Assembly (NCBI GenBank): GCA_038087875.1
Contig: CM075994.1
Span: forward strand, 10,108,001 to 10,172,000
Direction: 5' to 3'
Length of the DNA: 64,000 bases
DNA from: Malacoraja senta
Taxonomy: Eukaryota
Of this stretch, positions 11,171-22,546 are shown one piece after another; within the stretch, counting starts at the first letter, position 1, and each line of letters starts with the position of its first letter. The position numbers and the translations under genes are program-made. The notes beneath the pieces were generated by a model that saw nothing but the letters and a program-made list of their open reading frames with translations, had not been told where the DNA came from and did no database searches.

Positions 11171-14100
11171 GTAAAACCAAATCACTTTTGATCACATCAT
11201 TGTCTCATCTATTCTATAGTGTCTGACATTTTTATTCTCTGATCTGAAAACCCAACCCCAGGAACAGGTGAAATCTTCTTTCGAATCTCTCACAGAAAAG
11301 GAATCGGAGATCCAGAAAACGGAGCAGAAACAGAAAGAGAGGATTTCTGGAGTTCAGGTGAGGCTTTGTACTATCGATTTAATGTTTTAGTGTAGATTTA
11401 ATCCCTGCGATGTGTGCAATAATTTGGCACCTCCATAGAGCTCAGTAGTCAAGGGCCAGAACTCCTGGGAGAGGTTGAGCAGCCAAGGACTTTACTCCCT
11501 GGAGCACAGCAGTCTGAAGAATGGTCTGTGACAGGTGTATAATATCATGAAGCGAAATTATACATTGGATGGTAAATCTTTTACTCTTAGTAGGGGGGTT
11601 GAGAATGTGAGGGTATAGGTTTTAGGTGAAAGGCAAAAGATTTAAAACGAACATGAAGGACAAATTTAGTAGTGGGTATATGGAACGAGCTGCCTGATGA
11701 GGTAGTTGAGTCAGGTAACGTAACAACATTTAAAAGATATTCAAACAAATTCGTGGAGAGATAAGTTTTAGAACTGTCTGGGCCAAATGCGGACAAGTGG
11801 AAATAGCGCAGATGGGGAGTCTTGGATGGTATCTATCACCCTTGCTGTATGAATCTATGAAGTCTGTCATTCTAAGTGGTGCTGCTGTCTGCTAGTTCCG
11901 GTGACCTGGTTCTGTCCACTGAGGGTTAATGGACACATGAAATAGAATAGGTTCAAGAAGGAACTGCAAGTGCTGGAAAATCGAAGGTAGACAAAAGTGC
12001 TGGGGAAACTCAGCGGGTGAGGCAGCATCTATGGAGGGAAGGAAATAGGCAACGTTTCGGGCCAAAACCCTTCTTCAGACTGATGTAGGGTGAGGGGGGG
12101 GGGGCTGGGAGAAGGAGCCCGAGGGCTGAGGGAGAGCTGAGAAGGGGGGGGGGAGACAGCAAGGGCTATCGGAAATTGGAGAAGTCATTGTTCATGCTGC
12201 TGGGGTGCAGACTGCCCAAGCGGAATATGAGGTGCTGCTCCTCCAATTTCCGGTGGTGCTCACTCCGACCATGGAGGAGGTCCAGGACAGAAAGGTCGGT
12301 TTCGGAATGGGAGGGGAGTTGAAGTGCTGAGCCACCGGGAGATCAGATTGGTTAATGCGGACCGAGCGGAGGTGTTTGGCGAAACGACCGCCAAGCCTGC
12401 CCTTGGTCTCACCATAGAATAGAATAGGTTGCAGGGAATTGAACTGGGGAAAGGGGAACGATGTGCTTGTACATTACTTTCACATAATATTTCAGAATTA
12501 TCAAGACGAGCTCTTGAATTGCCTCGGTAATGAAAGCTATGGATTAAATACATGTAAATGGGATTAGTGTAGATACGTAGATATTGAGTAATGAGGAAGG
12601 GTTAGTTAGCAGACTTGTTGTGCGTGCCCCCTTGAGCAAGAGTGACCATAATATGGTTGAGTTCTTCATTAGGATGGAGAGTGACATTGTTCATTCAGAA
12701 ACAACGGTTCTGAACTTAAAGAAAGGTAACTTTGAGGGTATGAGACGTGAATTGGCCAAGATTGACTGGCAATTAGTTCTAAAAGGGTTGACGGTGGATA
12801 TGCAATGGAAGGCATTTAAAGACTGCATGGATGAACTACAAAAATTGTTCATCCCTGTTTGGCAAAAGAATAAATCAGGGAAGGTAGTGCATCCGTGGAT
12901 AACAAGGGAAATCAGGGATAGTATCAAAGCAAAAGATGATGCGTACAAATTAGCCAGAAAAAGCAGCATACCAGAGGACTGGGAGAAATTCAGAGACCAG
13001 CAGAGGAGGACAAAGGGCTTAATTAGGAAAGGGAAAATAGATTATGAAAGGAAACTGGCAGGGAACATAAAAACTGACTGCAAAAGTTTTTATAGATATG
13101 TGAAGAGAAAGAGATTAGTTAAAACAAATGTAGGTCCCTTGCAGTCAGAAACAGGTGAATTGATCATGGGGAACAAGGATATGGCGGACCAATTGAATAA
13201 CTACTTTGGTTCCGTCTTCACTAAAGAAGACATAAATAATCTGCCGGAAATAGCAGGGGGCTAAAGGAGATGGAGGAACTGAGTGAAATCCAGGTTAATC
13301 GGGAAGTGGTGTTGGGTAAATTGAATGGATTAAAGGCCGATAAATCACCAGGGCCAGATAGGCTGCATCCCAGAGTACTTAAGGAAGTAGATCCAGAAAT
13401 AGTGGATGCATTAGTGATAATTTTTCAAAACCCTTTAGATTCTGGAGTAGTTCCTGAGGATTGGAGGGTAGCAAACGTAACCCCACTTTTTAAGAAGGGA
13501 GGGAGAGAGAAAACGGGGAATTACAGACCAGTTAGTCTAACATCGGTAGTGGGGAAACTGCTAGAGTCAGTTATTAAAGATGGGATAGCAGCACATTTGG
13601 AAAGTGGTGAAATCATTGGACAAAGTCAGCATGGATTTACGAAAGGTAAATCGTGTCTGACGAATCTTATAGAATTTTTCGAGGATGTAACTAGTAGAGT
13701 GGATAGGGGAGAACCAGTGGATGTGTTGTATCTGGACTTTCAGAAGGCTTTCGACAAGGTACCACATAAGAGATTAGGATATAAACTTAAATCACACGGT
13801 ATTGGGGGTTCAGTATTGATGTGGATAGAGAACTGGCTGGCAAACAGGAAGCAAAGAGTAGGAGTAAACGGGTCCTTTTCACAATGGCAGGCAGTGACTA
13901 GTGGGGTACCGCAAGGCTCAGTGCTGGGACCCCAGCTATTTACAATTTATATTAATGAACTGGACGAGGGAATTGAAAGCAACATCTCCAAGTTTGCAGA
14001 TGACACTAAGCTGGGGGGCAGTGTTAGCTGTGAGGAGGATGCTAGGAGACTGCAAGGTGACTTGGATAGGCTGGGTGAGTGGGCAAATGTTTGGCAGATG

Positions 14101-17100
14101 CAGTATAATGTGGATAAATGTGAGGTTATCCACTTTGGTGGCAAAAACGGGAAGGCAGACTATTATCTAAATGGTGGCCGATTAGGAAATGGGGAGATGC
14201 AGCGAGACCTGGGTGTCATGGTACACCAGTCATTGAAAGTAGGCATGCAGGTGCAGCAGGCAGTGCAGAAAGCGAATGGTATGTTGGCCTTCATAGCAAG
14301 AGGATTTGAGTATAGGAGCAGGGAGGTTCTACTGCAGTTGTACAGGGTCTTGGTGAGACCACACCTGGAGTATTGCGTACAGTTTTGGTCTCCAAATCTA
14401 AGGAAGGACATTATAGCCATAGAGGGAGTGCAGAGAAGGTTCACCAGACTGATTCCTGGGATGTCAGGACTTTCATATGAAGAAAGACTGGATAGACTTG
14501 GCTTATACTCGCTTGAATTTAGGAGATTGAGAGGGGATCTTATAGAAACGTACAAAATTCTTATGGGGTTGGACAGGCTAGATGCAGGAAGATTGTTCCC
14601 GATGTTGGGGAAGTCCAGGACAAGGGGTCACAGCTTAAGGATAAGGGGGAAATCCTTTAAGACCGAGATGAGGAAAAACTTTTTCACACAGAGAGTGGTG
14701 AATCTCTGGAACTCTCTGCCACAGAGGGTAGTTGAGGCCAGTTCATTGGCTATATTTAAGAGGGAGTTAGATGTGGCCCTTGTGGCTAAAGGGATCAGGG
14801 GGTATGGAGAGAAGGCAGGTACGGGATACTGAGTTGGATGATCAGCCATGATCAAATTGAATGGCGGTGCAGGCTCGAAGGGCCGAATGGCCTACTCCTG
14901 CACCTATTTTCTATGTATCTATGTACAGTGCCCAACATGGACATGTTGGGCCGAATGGCATATTTCTGTACTCAAGAGTGATATTATATATTGATTTTCA
15001 CGTTTCATCCGACAGGAAGAGTCACACAACCTTCAGTCACTGATCACATCCCAGTTTGCTGAACTGCACCAGATTCTCACTGAGAAAGAGCAGCGCTTAC
15101 TCGGAGATATCCGGGAAGAAGAGGAGAAGATTGTAAAAACTATGGAGAAAAATCTTAAAGAGATACAAAATAATTTAGATTCCATTCAGGAGGAACTCTC
15201 AAAGTTACAGGAACAGATAGACCACAAGGACGGCGTGATATTTCTGAAGGTGAGGGGTTACACTACAGTTTGGCGAAGTGAAAGTGCACAGTCACAAAAT
15301 GGCGGGTTACATTTCTGAAATAAATGCTGCATTTACCAGTAATTCGGTACTGGGTCAATGTTCTGTCTGTTCCATCTACTCACCACATCCGACAATAATG
15401 CCCCAAATTCCAGGAATCGTCATGCATTTATCCCACTTCAACTTAGATTTATCTGCAATATTGTCTTCAGGCCACCTTGTGAGTTCCACGTTCTCTTTAC
15501 TGCATTTCTTGTGGAATTTATTAAAGGCCATCATACATTTCAGGTTTTATTTTTCTTCTCCTCACAAGTAGTGGTGATAATATTTCCAACCCCCACCCAT
15601 TTAAATCCACCGCTGATCTTAAAATGTTCCATCCCATTGGCTCTAGAAATCGAACCAAGGTAAAATCTTGCTTGACTAATCTTTTGAAATTTTTTGAGGA
15701 TGTAACTAGGAAAATGGACAAGGGAGAGCCAATAGAGGTAGTCTACCTGGACTTTCAGAAAGCATTTGATAAGGTCCCACATAGGAGATTAGTGGGCAAA
15801 ATTAGAGCACATGGTATTGGGGGTAGGGTGCTGACATGGATAGAAAATTGGTTGGCAGACAGGAAACAAAGAGTAGGGATTAACGGGTCCCTTTCAGAAT
15901 GGCTGACATTTTTCAATAATAGACAATAGGTGCAGGAGTAGGCCATTTGGCACTTCGAACCAGCACTGCCATTCAATATGATCATGGCTGATCATCCACA
16001 ATCAGTACCCCATTCCTGCCTTCTCGCCATATCCCCTGACTCCGCTATCATTAAGAGCTCTACCTAACTCTCTCGAAAGCATCCAGAGAATTGGCCTCCA
16101 CTGCCTTCCGAGGCAGATAATTCCACAGATTCACAACTCTCTGGGTGAAAAAGTTTTTCCTCATCTCCGTTCTAAATGGCCTACCCCTTATTCTTATACT
16201 GTGGCCCCTGGTTCTGGACTCCCCCAACATCGGGAACGTGTTTCCTGCCTCTAGCGTGTCCATTCCCTTAATAATCTTATATGTTTCAACAAGATCCCCT
16301 CTCATCCTACTAAATTCCAGTGTATACAAGCCCAGCTGCTCCTTTCTATCAACATATGACAGTCTCTCCATCGCGGGAATTAACCTCGTGAACCTACGCT
16401 GCACTCCCTCAATAGCAAGAATGTTCTTCCTCAAATTTGGAGACCAAAACTGCACACAATACTCTAGGTGTGGTCTCACTTGGGCCCTGTACAACTGCAG
16501 AAGGACCTCTTTGCTCCTATACTCAACTCCTCTTGTTATGAAGACCAACATGCCATTAGCTTTCTTCACTGCCTGCTGTACCTGCATGCTTACTTTCAGT
16601 GACTGATGAACAAGAACTCCCAGATCTCTTTCCCATCTTGACACCATTTAGATAATAATCTGCCTTCCTAATTTTGCCACCAAAGTGGATAACCTCACAT
16701 TTATCCTCATTAAACTGCATCTGCCTTGCATCTGCCCATTCACCCAACCTGTCCAAGTCACCCTGCATTCTCATAGCATCCTCCTCACAGTTCACACTGC
16801 CACCCAGCTTGGTGTCATCTGCAAATTTGCTAATGTTACTTTGAATCCCTTCATCGAAATCATTAATGTATATTGTAAATAGCTGTGGTCCCAGCACCGA
16901 GCCTTGCAGTACCACACTAATCACTGCCAGCCATTCTGAAAGGGACCCGTTAATCCCTACTCTTTGTTTCCTGTCTGCCAACCAATTTTCTATCCATGTC
17001 AGCACTCTATCCCCAATACCATGTGCTCTAATTTTGCCCACTAATCTCCTATGTGGGACCTTATCAAATGCTTTCTGAAAGTCCAGGTAGACTACCTCTA

Positions 17101-20100
17101 TTGGCTATCCCTTGTCCATTTTCCTAGTTACATCCTCCAAAAATTTCAAAAGATTAGTCAAGCATGATTTTACCTTGGTTAATCCATACTGACAGACTGG
17201 TCCTGTTAATGCTATCCAAATGAACCGCTATTTCATCTTTTATAATTGACTCCAGCATCTTCCCCACCACCAATGTCGGGCTAACTGGTCTATAATTTCC
17301 TGTTTTCTCTCTCCCGCCTTTCTTAAAAAGTGGGATAATATTAGCTACCCTACAATCCACAGGAACTGATCCTGAGTCTATAGAACATTGGAAAATTATC
17401 ACCTATGCATTCACGATTTCTAGAGCCACTTCCTTTAAGTACCATGGGATGCAGACCATCAGGCCTTGGGGATTTATCAGCCTTCAGTCCCATCAGTCTA
17501 TTCAACACCATTTCCTCCCCAATGTGAATTTCCTTCAGTTCCTCCGTCACCCAAGGTCCTCTGGCCACCAGGGAGATTGTTTGTGTCTTCCTTAGAGAAG
17601 ACCGATCGAAAAGTACCCTTTCAACTCGTCTGCCATTTCCTTGTTCCCTATAATAAATTCACCTGTTTCAATCTGCATTCTTGGCTAGCTTACCTTCATA
17701 CCTCATCTTCCCCCCCCCCAGCGTATTACCTTTTTAGTTATCTTCTGTTGCTCTTTAAATGTTTCCCAATCCCCAGGCCTCCCGCTCATCTTTGCTATGT
17801 TATACTTCTCTTTTATTTTTATACTGTCCTTGACTTCCCTTGTCAGCCACGGTTGCCCCTTACTCCCTTTGGAATCTTTCTTCCTCCTTGGAATGAACTG
17901 ATCCTGCACCTTCTGTATTATTCCCAGAAATACCTGCCATTGTTGTTCCACTGTCATCCCTGCTGGGGTATCTTTCCAGTCAACTTTGGCCAGCTCCTCC
18001 CTCATGGCTCCATAGTCCCCTTTGTTCAACTGTAATACTGACACTTCGACTTTTCCCTTCTCACTCTCAAATTGTAGATTAAAACTTATCATATTATGGT
18101 CACTATCTCCCAATGGCTCCTTTACCTCGAGTTCCCTTATCAAATCCGGTTCGTTACACAAAAGTAAATCCAGAATTGCCTTCTCCCTGGTTGGCTCCAG
18201 TACAAGATGCTCTAAGACTCCATCACGGAGGCACTACACAAACTCCCTTTCTTGGGGTCCAGTACCAACCTGATTTTCCCAGTCTACCTGCATGTTGAAA
18301 TCTCCCATAACAACCGTAGCATTACCTTTGCGACGTGCCAATTTTAACTCTTGATTCATCGTGCACCCTATATCCAGGCTACTGTTTGTGGGCCTGTAGA
18401 TAACTCCCATTAGGGTATTTTTACCTTTAGTTCCTTAGTTCTATCCATACTGACTATACATCTCCTGATTCTATATCACTTCTCAACAGGGACTAAATTT
18501 CATTCCTGACCAACAGAGCTACCCCACCCCCTTTGCCCACCTGTCTGTCTCTTCGATAGGACGTATATCTTTGAATATTCAGTTCCTAGCAGTGGCCCTC
18601 TTGCAGCCATGTCTTTGTAATTCCCACAACATCATACTTGCCAATTTCTAACTGAGCCTCAAGCTCATCCACTTTACTTATACTTCGTGCATTCATATAT
18701 ATTACTTTTAATCCATTACTCACCTCACCTGTCACATTGATACCCATTTCACTTGGCCTTACTCTCCTATCCCTTCCTGTGCATTCTACCCTGTTAATTC
18801 TGGTGTCTTAACTTTTCTTATACTCTCTTTCCCTTATATCTCCATTTTGTCTCCTCCCTGCTCCAGATAAAATCCCACGACCTGCCCGGTCTTACTCGCA
18901 AGTTGCATACTCGCAGTTATTTTCATCGACATTCCTAATGCTTTCCCCCGTGTTCGATGTCTCTACGACAATATCCACTTTCGGTCTGTGTGACAGCGGC
19001 AAAGAGTTGGGAAATGAGAGATTTGGGAATCAGAGTTTATTTGTAACAATTTGGTGAAATACCCGCTGTCGGGATCATGACGATCCATCTCAGTCTATTG
19101 AGATTTGTGTTTTACTTATTTCAGGAGGAAGCTGGTCGCAAGAGGAGGTAGGACATGCTTTTGACTGAAACAATGTATGTTTTTATAGTACAGCTCAAAA
19201 AAACAGCTAATGCTTAGTTTCTAACCAACTGTTAAATATTTGCAGGGTTAATGATGAAACTAAATCAGTGTTGGTGGTAGATGGCGCGTTGCCCATTGAA
19301 AACTATGATAGCATCTTTTTCTACAAAGTGGCATTGAGAGAAACATCTGATATCATCAACCGAGGTAAAACTGATAGCTTTTCCATTGTTCTTTTTTAAG
19401 ACATCTTTATGCAATACCTATATGTGAAGATTAATGATATTAATGGACCATGGGGGAAGCATCACAGAGACAGATAGCGAAGTTTGTTTGCACTTGAACG
19501 AATCCTTGCTCCTGGCTGAATGGGTTTGCTGTGCTGGGTGAAATTGCGTAGACTAGGCCTGTGTAGTCGAGAGTTCAGGAGTATTAAAGGAGATCTCAGT
19601 GAAACACAAAAGGTCCTTACAGGGCTCAGTGGGCTGGATGCAGGGAGGATGTTTCCCCTGTCTGAGGGGGTCTGGAGTCAGCGGAAACCCTCTCAGAGTG
19701 TGGGCTGGACCATTTAGGACAGAGACAAGGAGTCATTACTGCACGCAGAGACTGGGCAACCTTTGGAATTCCCTGTACCGATGGCTGTGGATAATCAGTC
19801 ATTCAGCGCTCTTGAAGCCAGAGAGCCATGGTTGTACATTACAGAGCCAGGCCCTTCGGCCCATCTCGTCCATGTCCACCTTTTTTCCAGCCACACAAAT
19901 CCCATTTGCCCACATTAGAACTGTATTATTCTACACCCTATTTGTTAAATTGCAATGCCTCTTAGATGTAGTGATTACATCTGATTCCACCACCATCTCT
20001 GGCAGATATCAACCACTATCTGTGTGTGAAGAAAACTCGCCACTCAGATCTACTTTGAAACTCCATCCTCTTGTGTTAAATCCGCGCCCTCCAGTTTTCA

Positions 20101-22210
20101 TATCCTTGTATGAACATAAGGTTCCAAAGATCTTTCAGGGGCGGAAATCGCTGTAAAAACATGGGGGGTGGACACAATTTCTTGGTGGCCATGCGCGCAC
20201 ACACAAACTGTACGGTAACATCGGGAGCTGACCTGGTCAGTGACCGACTCCGAACTCCAGTAACAGCAGCTTCGTCCACCCCGAATCGTGGGGCTTGAAT
20301 CGGCACGTTCGTGCGGCCTTTCACCGCCCGGCGCGGCTTAAAATCGGCCGGTGGGGGCTTCAACATCGGGAGCCTCGATGCAGCAGATTGATTTTAAGCC
20401 GCGCCGGGCGATGAAAGGCCCCGCGAACGGGCCGATTCAGCCCATAGAAAGCGTCTGATACCCGCTTGAATTTTTCAAAAGCTACAATGTGATAAATAAC
20501 ACTTAAACAAATAAAACTGAAGCAAATAAAGGCAAACAGAAGAACCAACCTTGGAAGGGGAGAGAGAGAAAGAGATGGGAAAAACATACTAAATAACGTG
20601 AGTGACCGTGAATGAGGGACTTACCTGGAGCCAGCCAGGAAACCCGTTCGACCTGACTCATTTAAATCCGATACCCGTTTAAATCTTTCCCATCCACCAA
20701 TATATCCAATTAGTTCAAATGGTAATTGTACCCGCATCAGACAGCGTTAAGAAATTCTCCGTGAGTACCTTCAGTGATACTTGGTCAAAACACAATTGGT
20801 GACACATCATGTTAATACGATGTTAATAGAGACATTTAACAAGCGCTTAACAGTGACACCCCCACTGTCGCGGAAAGCAGAGATTTTAATAGTTTTTCTT
20901 TCGCCGAATTTCAAAATCCGGATTACAAAACATGAGGGGGATTGTCCCCCACCTCTCAAAACATGGGAGGGATGTAACCCCCCCCCCTCCCCCGCCACTC
21001 CCCCCAGGATAATGCTGCAGACCTTAATCTCCTTCCTCGCTATCCATAACATATCCCGTCCTCCGCAACTTACTAGTCACACCTCCAACATTAACATCCA
21101 AGCCATGAAAACATAAACTAAACAGCAACAGTGGCTGCACCGAACTCTGCTGCACACCACCCGCCACACAGCAGAACAATCATCCTTCCTTCTACCTCAA
21201 ACAACCAATCCTATTGTGGATCCAATTAAGCAGCTTGCTTGGATCCCACTTCGCTTTCTTGACCAGACTTACACCCGGAACTTTGGCAACTCCCTCGGTG
21301 AAGTTCTCCGTTGCAAAGAACCATCAAATCTACCCTCCTCTAAAGAAAGCAAGTAAACAGTAGCAGATTGCCTCGCCCGTCCAGTCCACTCCCGTTCAGT
21401 ATGATCACGGCAACTCCACCCCACATCTCTACATCCTCTTTAATCACCTCTAATTAACACTCACACCCATCCCCTCATCTTCCAATCTCCCTCTCCCTCA
21501 CCATCTTCTGGCAAGATATTTGAATACCATTTTTCTTCATCTACACTTTCTGCATCCGTTTTTCCCGTCCGCACGGACCATCTTCTCTCGTTCCCGATGA
21601 CCCGGTCCCGGGGCCGCGCTGCCCGAGTCTCCCCCCCGACCCCTGGGCACTCTCTGATTCTCTGCTTCTCCCCCCAGTCTCCGTCACCCTGGATGTGGAA
21701 ACGGCGCATCCGCTGCTCGAGGTGTCTGAGGATCGGAAGAGGGTGAGATGTACTGCGACACGGAGGAGTCTCCCTGACAGCGGGAAGAGGTTTACAGTGT
21801 ATGCATGTGTGCTAGGATCGGAGGGATTCACATCAGGGCGACATTACTGGGAGGTGGACGTGGCGGGGAGTCGGTGGTGGAGTCTGGGAGTCGCCATAGT
21901 GTCTGTGGAGAGGAAGAGAGGGATCACACTGACCCCGGAGACTGGAATCTGGAGCATCGAGCGGTGGGATGACGGGTTTGATGCACTCACCTCCCCTCCA
22001 TCCCCTCTCCCCACCCGTCCCATCCCCGGGAGGGTGGGAGTTTATCTCAGTTACGAGTCCGGGACAGTTTCATTTTACGACGCGGACACCAAGTCCCATC
22101 TCCACACCTTCACTGGGAATGAATTCACGGAGAAACTTTATCCTTACTTCGGGTCTTGGGATGAAAAGCAGTGGCTGAGAATCTGCTCCCGTTCCGCTCC
22201 GGGTGTGTAA
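10760..22210 (+). CDS. TRIM copy A: intact six-exon RING/B-box2/coiled-coil/B30.2 E3 ligase (TRIM39/TRIM27/nuclear factor 7-like), 471 aa
   Basis: Exons 10760-11170, 11262-11357, 15016-15249, 19125-19147, 19246-19364, 21678-22210 (411+96+234+23+119+533=1416 nt), all GT-AG and in frame. C3HC4 RING ([17 protein letters not shown]), B-box (CEKH..C..CLIC..HKSH), B30.2 motifs [21 protein letters not shown]. Confidence 0.9.
11262..11357 (+). CDS. TRIM A exon 2 (96 nt, coiled-coil)
   Basis: ccccag|GAACAG...GTTCAG|gtgagg; encodes [32 protein letters not shown]; same length in copies B and D. Confidence 0.85.
11955..12415 (-). mobile_element. Penelope-like element 3' fragment in TRIM A intron 2
   Basis: Same GIY-YIG tail and terminal sequence as the other Penelope copies. 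Confidence 0.8.
12583..14905 (+). mobile_element. Young 5'-truncated CR1 LINE (ORF2, RT) in TRIM A intron 2
   Basis: ORFs 12584-13264 and 13270-14832: [46 protein letters not shown]. Confidence 0.95.
15016..15249 (+). CDS. TRIM A exon 3 (234 nt, coiled-coil)
   Basis: gacag|GAAGAG...CTGAAG|gtgagg; open frame [21 protein letters not shown]...GVIFLK. Confidence 0.85.
15654..15904 (+). repeat. Inverted duplicate of an internal piece (~16928-17180) of the adjacent CR1
   Basis: Shares variants such as AACCAAGGTAAAATC, CCAATAGAGGTAGTCTAC and GAATGGCTG with the neighbour but not with the related CR1 at 28.4-30.3 kb. Confidence 0.8.
15918..18850 (-). mobile_element. Degraded CR1 LINE (endonuclease + RT) in TRIM A intron 3
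   Basis: Frameshifted ORF2 pieces 18161-17703, 17402-17154, 17041-16556, 16647-16060; absent from copy B intron 3. Confidence 0.92.
19125..19147 (+). CDS. TRIM A exon 4 (23-nt micro-exon)
   Basis: tttcag|GAGGAAGCTGGTCGCAAGAGGAG|gtagga; a matching 23-nt exon lies in copy B at 30523-30501. Confidence 0.8.
19246..19364 (+). CDS. TRIM A exon 5 (119 nt, linker)
   Basis: ttgcag|GGTTAATGAT...AACCGAG|gtaaaa; phases fit both neighbouring exons. Confidence 0.85.
21678..22210 (+). CDS. TRIM A exon 6 (B30.2/PRY-SPRY)
   Basis: ccccag|TCTCCGTCACCCTGGAT; ORF 21695-22210; AATAAA motifs downstream at ~22353 and ~22389. Confidence 0.9.
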
Positions 22211-22546
22211 AAGGGTCGGGTCCTGGGACCGGCGTCAGGAGCGGGGCTCAGGGGCTGTGGGGCAGAAACCCGGTGGACAACAGGTCGGCGCTGAATGAAC
22301 GGCTCCCATTTAATCCACAAATTCTGCGTCGTGAAACCCCAGTGAGCGCGGAAATAAAACCAGGGGGAATGTAAATGTGGGAAGAGTGAAATAAACAGCA
22401 ACTGAAATCAGAGCTGTCTGTCGATCCGTTCATTTTAATGCGTTAACCGCGTCCGGCAACGGAACAGAAATTACTTTTGTGAAAACGCGCGGCGGGTCCT
22501 GAGCTCAGGGCTCCCCCGGGTCCTAAAGTCCGCTGACTCGGATAAT

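Noticed and set aside
10760..22210. Specific TRIM gene symbol
   Set aside because: Lineage-specific expansion; orthology to TRIM39/27/69 cannot be assigned without a phylogeny.
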